From the NCBI GenBank assembly GCA_043753995.1, contig JAYUVP010000249.1, positions 1 through 64,000 of the forward strand: DNA of 64,000 nucleotides. Direction: 5' to 3'. Under the pieces are notes generated by a model. That model was given only the letters and a program-made list of their open reading frames with translations. It was not told the DNA's origin and made no database searches. Positions 41,775-51,441 of this stretch are shown here, piece by piece. Within the stretch, counting starts at the first letter, position 1, and each line of letters opens with the position of its first letter. This stretch comes from Fibrobacterota bacterium (GTDB taxonomy: Bacteria > Fibrobacterota > Fibrobacteria > UBA11236). Made by a program: the position numbers and the translations under genes.

Positions 41775-42710
41775 TTACATTCGCACCTTTCCGTTTAAAA
41801 AGTCTTGATAAGACTTGGCAATGCCGTCCCGCAAAGTAACCTTGGCCTTGAAGCCCAGCCCATTCAGCTTGCCCACATCGAGAAGCTTGCGCGGGGTGCC
41901 ATCAGGCTTGGAAGAGTCGAATACCAAGTCGCCTTTGAAACCCACGATATCACGCACGGTCTCGGCGAGTTCGCGAATGGTGACTTCCTGGCCGCTACCC
42001 ACATTCACTGTTTCATTCCCTAAATACTCATTCATCAAAAACAAACAGGCGTCGGCCAAATCGTCGACATAAAGGAATTCGCGCTTAGGCGAGCCTGTGC
42101 CCCAAACCACGAAATTCGGCTGCTTATTCGTTTTGGCTTCGTGCACCTTGCGCAATAAGGCTGGCAGCACATGCGCATTCATCAAGTCATAATTGTCATT
42201 CGGACCATACAAATTGGTCGGCATGCAGGAAATGAAGCTGGTGTGATATTGCTTGTTATAAGCTTCGCACATCTTGATGCCCGCGATTTTGGCGAGGGCA
42301 TAAGGCTCATTGGTAGGCTCTAAGGCGCCTGTCAGCAAGCTTTCCTCTTTCATAGGCTGCTCGGCGAATTTGGGATAAATACACGAGCTTCCCAGGAACA
42401 AAAGCTTTTTCACGCGAAATACATAAGCCGCATGAATGATATTGTTTTGAATGCAAAGATTGCTGTAAATAAACTGGGCCGGATAGGTGTTATTGGCATA
42501 AATGCCACCCACCTTGGCGGCCGCCAAAAAGACATAATCGGGCCGCTCTTGCTTGAAAAAATCATGCACGGCCTGTTGATTAGTGAGGTCGAGTTCACCG
42601 GAAGAATGCCCCTGAATATTGTTGAAGCCTTGGTCGCGTAAACGCCTGGCAATGGCAGCGCCCACCATTCCATAAAGACCGGCGACATAGATTTTTGCGG
42701 ATTTTTCCAT
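41775..42710 (-). CDS. fcl: GDP-L-fucose synthase
   Basis: [48 protein letters not shown]. Confidence 0.97.
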   Translation of the reverse strand: MEKSAKIYVAGLYGMVGAAIARRLRDQGFNNIQGHSSGELDLTNQQAVHDFFKQERPDYVFLAAAKVGGIYANNTYPAQFIYSNLCIQNNIIHAAYVFRVKKLLFLGSSCIYPKFAEQPMKEESLLTGALEPTNEPYALAKIAGIKMCEAYNKQYHTSFISCMPTNLYGPNDNYDLMNAHVLPALLRKVHEAKTNKQPNFVVWGTGSPKREFLYVDDLADACLFLMNEYLGNETVNVGSGQEVTIRELAETVRDIVGFKGDLVFDSSKPDGTPRKLLDVGKLNGLGFKAKVTLRDGIAKSYQDFLNGKVRM

Positions 42711-43010
42711 AATACCCTCAAATACGGGAGGTTAAAACTAGCTCTTCTTGGGGTTGAGACCCTTCTTTTTGAGGGAAAACCCTCATAGTGGAGGGGGCGA
42801 GACCGCGTATGGCCAAGGCGGCCCCGCCCCTCGCTGCGGCCTGGATTTCCCTGCTGGGCATGTCGGCCTCCGCGACCCCACCCATTGGAATATTGAAGTC
42901 AGAAGGGATAACCTAATGGCTCCGGTATCCTCGTCCCATCGGTTACCCAAGCCTATCGACCCAAGTCTAAACCTAGCGCCTGCGCGATAGGCAGGAGTTA
43001 AAGGCTGAAA

Positions 43011-45035
43011 ATGAAGCAGACCACGAATCGCCAGCCGAGCTCGTCGCCATCCCAAGGCGTTTTCCTTCAGCGTGAATGCGAGTCTTGCGGCAAGAAAAAA
43101 AAGCTGCAGCGCAAGGCCAGTTCATCGAGCCACTCCGAAGAGATTTCCCCTTTCGCCCGTGTCAATCAAGTCCTGGCTACCTCGGGGTCACCGCTCGACC
43201 CGGGGACGCGCGGTTTCCTGGAAACGGGGTTCGGGGATGCTCGCCCCCGTGTGGCGCCGGGCTTTGGCATGCAGGGCAAGCTCGCCATTTCTCCCACCAC
43301 CGATCCGGCGGAGACCGAAGCCGACAATTTCAGCGAGCGGGTCCTTTCGCGCCAGGGAGGCCGTCCGCATTCCGCCAAGGCACCCAACTTCGCTTCGATT
43401 CGCATTCATGACGACAGCGCCGCGCATGCTTCGGCGGCCGCCGTGGGCGCCCGCGCTTATACGGTGGGCCATCACATCGTCTTCGGGGCGGGGCAATTCA
43501 ATCGCCATTCGCATCAGGGCCGAGGCCTCCTTGCTCACGAAGCCACCCATGTTCTGCAACAATCGGTCGCCGCGCCGGTCCTGCAGCGGGACGCCTGTTC
43601 CACCCTTCGAGGTGAAATCGAGGCGCATCCCGTTTACAAAGGCGTGCAAGCCACGGGAGGAGACACCGCCACCGAAGCCAAGGACGTGCTGGACTTGTCG
43701 CAGGGCGGTAAATCTTGCGTGTCTGAACTCACGAAATACAAATTGCTCTACGATACCAAGGATTTGGCCAGCGGAGCGTCTTCCAGCGCTTCGACCGAAG
43801 CGGAGCGTATTCAGGCTATCAAAGATTCGCGCATCGCGGGAATCATCGCCAAGTCCAAGGAAAATACACGTCTATCCGCGGGGGAGGGCATGGGACGTAA
43901 GGGGGAAGAAGAGGCTGCGACGAGCGTGGCCGCTGGCTGGCGAACCGTCAAAAACAATGACAAACCCGTGGCCAAGGAATTTCAAATCAATACCGCCGAC
44001 TTCAAAAACATTATGGTGAAAGCGAAGGTAAAGCTCTCACCCGCCAATGCCGCGGGGGATGTCGGTTCCCTTCCCGCCGATGCAAGTGATGTCGGCCGTA
44101 TCGAAGGCCTGGAAGATGCGATTGAGAAAGTCGCCTCCACTCTGGGCTATTCGCTGAACCTGGAATTCGTGAAGGCCTCCGGCCCTGATGTCATGGAGGC
44201 CAATGTCGATTTGGGCGAGTGGATCAATTCCGGCAATTGGGTCGGCAAAGATTCCAAAGAGGATGTTGCGGCCGGTCTCGCTCATGAATTGCATCATCGC
44301 TTGGGCTTACGCGATCGCTACGACTACATGAGCCATGCGAGCAATGAAACCATGAGCATACCCGATCGCATTCATTGGTTTCATGTGCAAATGCTCAAAG
44401 GCGGCCTCGATCCCCTGGACAAGGTCTCGCTGATGGGAAGCGGGTCCGTGCTTCATCCCGATGACATTTGTCGCGTAGCGAACGGGCTGATGGGCGACCT
44501 GCCCAAGGATGATGAAGCCAAGTTAGCGGCGGATCCCGCCTTGAAGGCTCAATTCGAAAAATGCCTCAAGGAAAGAAGCGGGCTGACCGCCGAAAAAGCC
44601 AAGCCCGCTCAGGATGCGGCCGCCGCCGCCGTCACCACGGCTTGGACCCATGTCTTCTTGGCCCCATTGGCCATGGCTGATTTTGCGCCTTTAGCCTTGA
44701 ATTTGACGGGTGAAACCGTGACCCATTCTGACATCCGTACCCGCCTCACTAAAATTGCCGACAAGACACGGGCGGCGGTGCAAGTGATTTCCAATCGCGA
44801 TAAATCTTGCGATAACGAGGACGGTCGCACGGGTTCGGGAGCTTTCCCTATCATGCTGTGCCCGGCTTTTTTCAATAAGTCCTTGCCCGAACAAACCGAT
44901 GTGATACTACGGCATGCATCCGCCCTGACCTTGGGCACGCCCTTGAAACGCTCCGATATTTGCGCCAAATACGACTGCAAGACGCAATGCGGCAAACCCG
45001 CCGATCGCTGGGTGCATTTCATCAAATGCGCTTAA
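43011..45035 (+). CDS. DUF4157 (eCIS core domain) protein with an additional zinc-metallopeptidase-like region
   Basis: LQRK repeats; IRIHDD..GARAYTVGHHIVFG..LLAHEATHVLQQ; second AHELHHRLGLRDRY followed by SLMG. Confidence 0.85.
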   Translation: MKQTTNRQPSSSPSQGVFLQRECESCGKKKKLQRKASSSSHSEEISPFARVNQVLATSGSPLDPGTRGFLETGFGDARPRVAPGFGMQGKLAISPTTDPAETEADNFSERVLSRQGGRPHSAKAPNFASIRIHDDSAAHASAAAVGARAYTVGHHIVFGAGQFNRHSHQGRGLLAHEATHVLQQSVAAPVLQRDACSTLRGEIEAHPVYKGVQATGGDTATEAKDVLDLSQGGKSCVSELTKYKLLYDTKDLASGASSSASTEAERIQAIKDSRIAGIIAKSKENTRLSAGEGMGRKGEEEAATSVAAGWRTVKNNDKPVAKEFQINTADFKNIMVKAKVKLSPANAAGDVGSLPADASDVGRIEGLEDAIEKVASTLGYSLNLEFVKASGPDVMEANVDLGEWINSGNWVGKDSKEDVAAGLAHELHHRLGLRDRYDYMSHASNETMSIPDRIHWFHVQMLKGGLDPLDKVSLMGSGSVLHPDDICRVANGLMGDLPKDDEAKLAADPALKAQFEKCLKERSGLTAEKAKPAQDAAAAAVTTAWTHVFLAPLAMADFAPLALNLTGETVTHSDIRTRLTKIADKTRAAVQVISNRDKSCDNEDGRTGSGAFPIMLCPAFFNKSLPEQTDVILRHASALTLGTPLKRSDICAKYDCKTQCGKPADRWVHFIKCA

Positions 45036-45094
45036 GCGGCCCTTGAGTCGACCAAAAGGCTCGCTCCTCCTCCTCATTCTTGAATTTCGGTAGC

Positions 45095-46075
45095 TTAACT
45101 TTGTTCTTCACATGTAATGCCGGGCGTAATGATTGTTGCGCCAAACCTCCGATGCAGCATCCAATAAGCATACCCCGGATGCCGTCGGGTCACCGCCTCC
45201 AGCCAGCGATGATAACGAGCCAGCACTCTCCCCTCCAATTCCGTCTTACGTGCCTCTATTTCCCGAGAACCGTCCGGCGTATGCAGGCAAAGCAATCTCA
45301 CCTTTCCATCGGGCTGCAAATACCCCGCATAGATCGCCAAGTCCGGCCCGAGATGCCCCATGAGCCAGCCCGGCAGGGGATCGCAAATCACCGCCTCGCC
45401 GAAAAAAGCCCCCGTCACGCCCGCGTTACCCGGCGGCCGCTGGTCCCAAAGCAAAGCCAAGCACCCCCCGGTTTGCACATGGCGCAAGGCCTCTCGCAAC
45501 CAAATCGCCGGCGCCGAGATTTTGCGGAGAGGTTCCGCGGTTTTATCTGAAAGTTGGGCCCGTGTCGACTCTGGTGTTTGGCCCGCCTCACGGGCCCCTC
45601 GGGGCCGCTTCTGTGGCCGAGCACTCCAGATCACCGGATTGCCGATGAGCTCCCGAAGCCTTACCAGCCACCTCTGCGCCCAAGCCCGACTCATCGGCCG
45701 CGCCACTGCGCGCAGGGGCACGCCTTCCGCCGCCAAAAAGGCCGCGAAAGCCTCAAAGTGATGCACATGGGCCGTGAGGAAAAGGCATTTACCCCGGCGC
45801 ATGTCCGCCAAATGACCGGCGCTTCGCTTCGCCACCACCATCTGCTTTGGATAGCTAGCGCTGAACAAGCCGAGCAAATCGCGCAGGGCATGATAGAGCA
45901 ATAGCCAACGTAAACCACCGAACCCCACCCGAACCAGACCCGCCCGGCGAGCATTTTCGGCCACCACACGACGGCGCCAGGGGCTCATCCAGAGCAAACA
46001 GGCCAGCAAAAAGGCCCAAAACGCCAAATTGGGGCGGGGGCCCGGCCGCAAGGAAGTCGAAGACTTGGCCTGCAT
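45095..46075 (-). CDS. Lysophospholipid/lipid A acyltransferase family (LpxL/HtrB-like)
   Basis: [25 protein letters not shown]. Start uncertain. Confidence 0.75.
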   Translation of the reverse strand: MQAKSSTSLRPGPRPNLAFWAFLLACLLWMSPWRRRVVAENARRAGLVRVGFGGLRWLLLYHALRDLLGLFSASYPKQMVVAKRSAGHLADMRRGKCLFLTAHVHHFEAFAAFLAAEGVPLRAVARPMSRAWAQRWLVRLRELIGNPVIWSARPQKRPRGAREAGQTPESTRAQLSDKTAEPLRKISAPAIWLREALRHVQTGGCLALLWDQRPPGNAGVTGAFFGEAVICDPLPGWLMGHLGPDLAIYAGYLQPDGKVRLLCLHTPDGSREIEARKTELEGRVLARYHRWLEAVTRRHPGYAYWMLHRRFGATIITPGITCEEQS

Positions 46076-46142
46076 GCCCTTGAATTTAAAGGGGTTGGGG
46101 AAGTACATTGAATCCCCCTTATATCTAGCTCGGGAAGACTTT

Positions 46143-46304
46143 ATGAAGCGTACCTTCCAGCCCAGGAATCGCAAGCGCGTGAACAAACACGGTTTTCGCG
46201 CCCGCATGGCCACCAAAGACGGCCGCCAAGTCTTGAATCGCCGTCGTGCCAAGGGCCGTCATCGCCTGACGGTCAGCAGCGAAATGGCATTCAAGGATAT
46301 CTAG
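46143..46304 (+). CDS. rpmH: 50S ribosomal protein L34
   Basis: [39 protein letters not shown]. Confidence 0.98.
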   Translation: MKRTFQPRNRKRVNKHGFRARMATKDGRQVLNRRRAKGRHRLTVSSEMAFKDI

Positions 46305-46766
46305 TTGGGCTCCGGGCCATTGCCCCCCGGTAAAGCCCTGCCCAAGGTTTTTCAAAAGCCCCGACCCTCACATCGACTCACGCGGCCCTGGATGTTCAAG
46401 GCCGTGCTTGAGAAGGGGAAGTCGTTGAAATCTCCGCCTCTCAGTCTTCGGTATTTGCGTCGCTTCGACAAAGAGGGCGTTGAGGCGGTCGACATGACCC
46501 GCTTGGGTTTCATTGTGCGAAAAAAAACCGGTCACTCCCCCATGAGAAATGCTTTGCGTCGCGTCTTGCGCGAGGTCTTTCGCTCTCATGCCGAAAAAGT
46601 GACCGTTCCCACTTGGTTGGTTTTCGACATACTTCCCCAAGCAGCCAAGCTTACGCGCACGGCTTTTCGCCTCAAAGGCGAGGAATTGATGCAGCGTCTC
46701 TTAAGCCTACCTCCAGGCTTGCCTTCCGATTCGGCCTCCCAAGGTCGCATGGAGAACGCGGCGTGA
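46305..46766 (+). CDS. rnpA: Ribonuclease P protein component
   Basis: RL..F..V..GK, RLGFIVRKK, RNALRRVLRE; position after rpmH. Start uncertain. Confidence 0.85.
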   Translation: MGSGPLPPGKALPKVFQKPRPSHRLTRPWMFKAVLEKGKSLKSPPLSLRYLRRFDKEGVEAVDMTRLGFIVRKKTGHSPMRNALRRVLREVFRSHAEKVTVPTWLVFDILPQAAKLTRTAFRLKGEELMQRLLSLPPGLPSDSASQGRMENAA

Positions 46767-47131
46767 AATTGCGTCCTCGGCATCTCTTGCGCGGCGGGGT
46801 GAAGGTCTATCAAGCCTTGCATCCCATGGTATTCAGCGGCTGCTGCCGCTTTTCGCCGTCCTGTTCGCAGTATGCCCTGCAAGCCCTGGAAACTCACGGC
46901 TCGCTCAAAGGCGCCATGTTATCGGCCGCGCGTATTTGGCGCTGCCAACCCCTGTATCCTGCAGGTTACGATCCCGTCCCCGAAGCCCATGTCGGACTGC
47001 GCGCGAGTTTGCGCGCTTGGTCTTATCTGGGTCCGGGACCGCTGGATCGCCTGCGTCACTGGTTTTTTAAACTCGCGGGCATTTCGCAAGAAAACCCGCC
47101 GCATGATTTGCAGAAAGCGAGGACGCTTTGA
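46763..47131 (+). CDS. yidD: Membrane protein insertion efficiency factor
   Basis: CRFSPSCSQYA, RIWRCQP, GYDPVP. Confidence 0.92.
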   Translation: MKLRPRHLLRGGVKVYQALHPMVFSGCCRFSPSCSQYALQALETHGSLKGAMLSAARIWRCQPLYPAGYDPVPEAHVGLRASLRAWSYLGPGPLDRLRHWFFKLAGISQENPPHDLQKARTL

Positions 47132-48966
47132 AGTTCAATCGTTGGAGCCTATTTGGCTGGATGGCCTTGATGGCCATGTTCATGTTCTGGACCCAGCTCA
47201 AAGGCAAGCAGGCCAAGGCTGCGCATGAAAAGGCCGTGGCCGATTCTTTGGCCCGCGTGGCTGCGATGCCGAAAACCCCCGTCAAGGGCGAAGCGTCCTT
47301 GGGCCCGGTTGCCGGCGATTCTATGCAGGCGACCCGCGAAGCCATCGGCGTAGCGAATGCTCCTGCCGAAAGCGGCATGGTGGCCGACAGTATTCCCCAG
47401 GTGGCACGCAAAAGCATCACGGTGAAGACTCACCGCTTCACCGCCGTGCTCGAAAATGAAGGCGCGCGCATTTCCGAATTGCGCATCGACAGTTTGCAGG
47501 GTCATGCCTTGCACAATCCGCTATTGATCGATCCTGCTCGCGGCGGTGCTCTCACCTTGAGCATCAATCAGCAAAGCCTGGCGAAAACGCTGTGGCGAAC
47601 CGATGCGGTGAAAGATGTCTATACGCTCGACCGAGATTCCTTGGTTCTCAGCTTCACAACCCGCCTCAATAGTGGCCGTGAAGTGACACGCCGCTACACC
47701 TTTTTCGCCGATAGCCCATCGGTGCATCATCGCGCCAAGGTTCCGAACGGCATTCAGAATTGGTCCATGGAATGGCCCGCCGGACTTTCTGAAAACGAAG
47801 ACATTCCCGAAGGCAAGGGCATTGGCCTGATGAGCAGCTATTTCAGCGAAGTGGTTTTCGACAATGGCAGCATGGCCAGCCGCGAAACCTTCGACGGAAA
47901 AAAGTCTTTCAATGCTGAAAGCGGCATTTTGCGCTGGGTGGGTTTACGTCGCAAATACGTAGCGGCCTTCCTCGACTTTCATAAAGAAACCGGCAATCGC
48001 GTTGACGCCGAAGGGTCTTTGCCGCAGGGACGCGAAAAGGGTTTTCCTCACGACTATCGCCTGAAAATCAGCAATGGCCAATGGGATGAAGGCGCTCTCG
48101 ATTTCGACTTCATGATTTTGCCGCTGCAATACGACAAGATCAAGGCCTATGGCCGCAATTACGAGCAAATCCTATTCACGGGTTGGGAGTCTTTCTTCCG
48201 CGCCGACATCTGGTATGTGAAGCTCTGCGGCTTGGTTTTGCATTTGCTGAATTTCTTCCACTCCATGATACCCAATTGGGGTATAGCCATTATCCTGCTC
48301 ACCTTGTTGGTGCGCTTCATCACCTTGCCGCTCACCTTGTCGCAGACGCGGCAAATGGCCCGCATGCAGGAGCACCAGCCCGAGATCAACAAGATTCGCG
48401 AGCGCAATAAAGGCGAGCCCGCCAAGGCTCAACAGGAAATGATGGCTTATTACAAGCAAGTGGGCATATCCCCGCTGGCTCCGGTACTTGGCTGCTTTCC
48501 CATGCTTTTGCAAATGCCGATTTTCATCGCCCTGTTCAATGTGCTGGGCCGCTCGGTGGAATTGAAGCAGGCTTATTTCTTCGGCTGGATACACGACTTG
48601 AGCCAGCCCGACGTGATTTTGCCCGCCCTCAAGGTGCCTTATCTGTTTCCTGTTGGTCTCACCGTGCTTCCCTTCCTGATGGCCGTGACCATGTATTTCC
48701 AGATGAAGCTCACCATCAAGGATCCGAATCAAAAGGCCATGGTTTGGCTCATGCCCATCATGATGTTCGTCTTCTCCTGCTCTTTCCCTTCGGGCTTGGT
48801 GCTGTATTGGAGCGTCTCCAATGTCTTCACTATCACGCAAACCTGGTTGCAGACCAGCAAGAAGCGCAAAGCCGAATCGGAGAAGGCCGCTGCCGCCATG
48901 GATAAGCCGGTGATCAAGACCAAGCCTATTGTCGGCACGCGTCCTAAGGACGGCAAGAAGAAGTAA
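47128..48966 (+). CDS. yidC: Membrane protein insertase YidC
   Basis: NWGIAIILLTLLVR, GCFPMLLQMPIF, WIHDLSQPD, PSGLVLYW. Confidence 0.96.
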   Translation: MKFNRWSLFGWMALMAMFMFWTQLKGKQAKAAHEKAVADSLARVAAMPKTPVKGEASLGPVAGDSMQATREAIGVANAPAESGMVADSIPQVARKSITVKTHRFTAVLENEGARISELRIDSLQGHALHNPLLIDPARGGALTLSINQQSLAKTLWRTDAVKDVYTLDRDSLVLSFTTRLNSGREVTRRYTFFADSPSVHHRAKVPNGIQNWSMEWPAGLSENEDIPEGKGIGLMSSYFSEVVFDNGSMASRETFDGKKSFNAESGILRWVGLRRKYVAAFLDFHKETGNRVDAEGSLPQGREKGFPHDYRLKISNGQWDEGALDFDFMILPLQYDKIKAYGRNYEQILFTGWESFFRADIWYVKLCGLVLHLLNFFHSMIPNWGIAIILLTLLVRFITLPLTLSQTRQMARMQEHQPEINKIRERNKGEPAKAQQEMMAYYKQVGISPLAPVLGCFPMLLQMPIFIALFNVLGRSVELKQAYFFGWIHDLSQPDVILPALKVPYLFPVGLTVLPFLMAVTMYFQMKLTIKDPNQKAMVWLMPIMMFVFSCSFPSGLVLYWSVSNVFTITQTWLQTSKKRKAESEKAAAAMDKPVIKTKPIVGTRPKDGKKK

Positions 48967-49029
48967 GCGCGGCCCTGGGCGCGGTCCCGGGAAGCGCAAT
49001 CCATCGCATTCGAGACGGCGGCGAAGGTC

Positions 49030-50460
49030 ATGGGGAAAGAAACCATCGCGGCCCCGGCCACTCCTCCGGGAATGTCGGGGCTGGCCATAGTCCGGCTTTC
49101 CGGACCGGATTGCCCCGCTGTTCTATTACACTGCCTGGGGCGTACTCTCGGAGTTACCGAAGCTCCGGAGTTACCCAAGGCCTCGCAGAAGCCGGTGCGC
49201 CCTCGGCATATGCATTATGGCGAGTTTCGCCATCCCGAAACCGGCGAAACGCTGGACCGGCTCACCTTCGTCTATTATCCCGCGCCTAAAAGCCCGACCG
49301 GCGAGGATGTGCTTGAGCTCTTCCCCCACGGCAATCGCCTGCTGGTCGAAAATATTCTGCATGCCTTATTGACCTTACCGGGCTTACGCTTGGCCGGCCC
49401 CGGCGAATTCACGCGCCGCGCCTGCGAGAATGGCAAGCTCGATTTGGTGCAAGCCGAAGGCCTCATGGCCTTGGTTCATGCCCAGTCGCAGGCCGCCTTG
49501 CGACATGCCGGACGCGTGCTGGACGGCGCCCTCTCGAAGCGCTTCTTGGCTTTACGGGGCAAACTGATTGACTTGCTGGTTCACCTCGAACTCGATGTCG
49601 ACTTCGCGGAAGAAGAGGCCGATCCCGACTATGCCTCTTGGCGTCCCCGCGTGCAAGACGCGCTCGCCGACATCGAAGCCTTGCTCCGCAGCCATGATCG
49701 CGGCGCCCGCCTGGAGCGCATCCCCCGCGTGGTCTTGCTGGGCGCGCCTAATGCGGGCAAAAGCAGTTTGATCAATGCCTTGCTGCGCGAGGAAAGGCTT
49801 TTGGTTTCCGACATTCCCGGTACGACGCGTGACTTCGTCGAAGTGCCTTTGCATTTGCCTTCGGGGCTAGTGCATTTGGTCGACACCGCGGGGCTGGGCG
49901 AAGCTGTCGATAGCCTGGACGCTCGCGCCCAGGGAAAAACACGCGAGCAAGCCGACAAGGCCGATTTGCGACTCTGGGTTGCCAATGGTAACGCACCGGT
50001 CGATGCGCTTGCGTGGGCGGGAGATCCGCTCCAGACACTTGCAGGGGACGTCACTCCAACCATACGGGTGCGCACGCGCCGTGATCAGCCTGGCTTTTGC
50101 TCTGAGGTCGGAGCCCTAGCCGTCGCCAATACCACCGGCGACGGTTTGCCTGAATTGATGGAAGCCCTGGAGACGATTTTGTTTGCGCCCGCCAAGGTTG
50201 TCAGATTAAAAGCTCCCGATGGGCAAGCAGGGGAAGGGGCCGACGAGGTTTTCCTCACCACGGAGCGTCAGCGAGAGGCCTTGGAAAAGGCCGCCGCGAA
50301 TTTGCGCGCGGCATTGAATCAGCTCGATGGCCAACCCGCCATTGAAATTCTCGCCTTCGAAGCGCGCGAGGCCGTGCAGGCACTGCGCGAATTGCTGGGC
50401 GAGGTGAGCGCTGACGATGTGCTCAATCGCTTGTTCTCAGGGTTTTGCATCGGGAAATAG
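49030..50460 (+). CDS. mnmE: tRNA modification GTPase MnmE
   Basis: TIAAPATP, GEFTRRA, DLVQAE, GAPNAGKSS, PGTTRD, DTAG, FCIGK. Confidence 0.96.
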   Translation: MGKETIAAPATPPGMSGLAIVRLSGPDCPAVLLHCLGRTLGVTEAPELPKASQKPVRPRHMHYGEFRHPETGETLDRLTFVYYPAPKSPTGEDVLELFPHGNRLLVENILHALLTLPGLRLAGPGEFTRRACENGKLDLVQAEGLMALVHAQSQAALRHAGRVLDGALSKRFLALRGKLIDLLVHLELDVDFAEEEADPDYASWRPRVQDALADIEALLRSHDRGARLERIPRVVLLGAPNAGKSSLINALLREERLLVSDIPGTTRDFVEVPLHLPSGLVHLVDTAGLGEAVDSLDARAQGKTREQADKADLRLWVANGNAPVDALAWAGDPLQTLAGDVTPTIRVRTRRDQPGFCSEVGALAVANTTGDGLPELMEALETILFAPAKVVRLKAPDGQAGEGADEVFLTTERQREALEKAAANLRAALNQLDGQPAIEILAFEAREAVQALRELLGEVSADDVLNRLFSGFCIGK

Positions 50461-50520
50461 TCCGATCGCAGTAGACCCAAACATATGGGCGAGGGAAAAT
50501 TCCGCGCTGGGTTCCGGGCC

Positions 50521-51441
50521 CTAATGGGTTGAAGCTGGCGTCGAAGTGCGTCCCGCTTGGGCTCGCTTCAATTGTCGCAGCATATAGTGCAAGGATTCCG
50601 AGGAATAGCCGTGCAGCAGCAATCGGAAACCTGCGCGTAAAGTGGAAAGCGGCAACATGGGGTGGCGATTGTTCACTCGCCACAAACGCGAATCGTCGTC
50701 TAGCAAAGTCGAGACATATATTCCAATTGTTTCGTCGAGTTGCAGGGAATTCGAAGCCCGCCAAAAGTCATTGTCGGAAAGTAGGAACTGGAAAATCGGA
50801 GTATAAATCTCGATGGCGGTTTCGACGTCCATGAAATTATGCCAGGAGTCGGGCAATTCTTCGAATTCGAAAGGCCCGTCGGTAATGGCTTGCAAGTTTA
50901 TCGTCGTGACGGCATGCAAAACCTTGCCTTCTTTCTGCAAGGTTTGATTCAGGCGAATGATGAAATTGAAGAGATTGATATCATGAAACAGGAAAAGGTG
51001 GTCTTTCACATCGGCCAGTCGCTTGGGCTTGAGTGGGTTGAGTGGAATATCGACCCCGCTATTGTCTCGAATGAATTCGAGAATTTCGGAACCAATGTGG
51101 AAATGCCTCATGATCAGCAAATTCGCTTCGCGGCTGGCAAAATACCGGAGTCCCAAATAAATGAGGTGATGCAAAAGCCGTGACGACTTGAAAGCAGAAG
51201 GAAAGGGTGTTTTCAGCACCATAATTAGGCAAATCAAGGTGCGCATGATGGGCCGGAGCAGGGGCAAAAGGAATTGCCGAGTCTTGGATTGCAGCCCAAA
51301 CAGCAAGGCGCCCTTCACTTCGGGATCTATGGGCGTAGAATTGTCGAGAAACAAAGCTTGGGTAGGCAGCGGATCTTCCGGATCATGCTTCAGCCCGTTG
51401 AAATAACTTTGATACCGGGTATGGCGCGTATTTTCAGTCAT
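50521..51441 (-). CDS. Conserved hypothetical protein (DUF6999-like), last gene of the lipid biosynthetic operon
   Basis: LFLDNSTP..RQFLLPLLRP, RHFHIGSEIL, ASNSLQLDET, NNRHP. Family recalled from memory. TAATG coupling to the upstream gene. Confidence 0.6.
   Translation of the reverse strand: MTENTRHTRYQSYFNGLKHDPEDPLPTQALFLDNSTPIDPEVKGALLFGLQSKTRQFLLPLLRPIMRTLICLIMVLKTPFPSAFKSSRLLHHLIYLGLRYFASREANLLIMRHFHIGSEILEFIRDNSGVDIPLNPLKPKRLADVKDHLFLFHDINLFNFIIRLNQTLQKEGKVLHAVTTINLQAITDGPFEFEELPDSWHNFMDVETAIEIYTPIFQFLLSDNDFWRASNSLQLDETIGIYVSTLLDDDSRLWRVNNRHPMLPLSTLRAGFRLLLHGYSSESLHYMLRQLKRAQAGRTSTPASTH

Noticed and set aside
42860..42910. CCCATTGG..AAGTCAGAAG reminiscent of a cobalamin riboswitch
   Set aside because: Other conserved elements are missing and the flanking genes are unrelated to B12.
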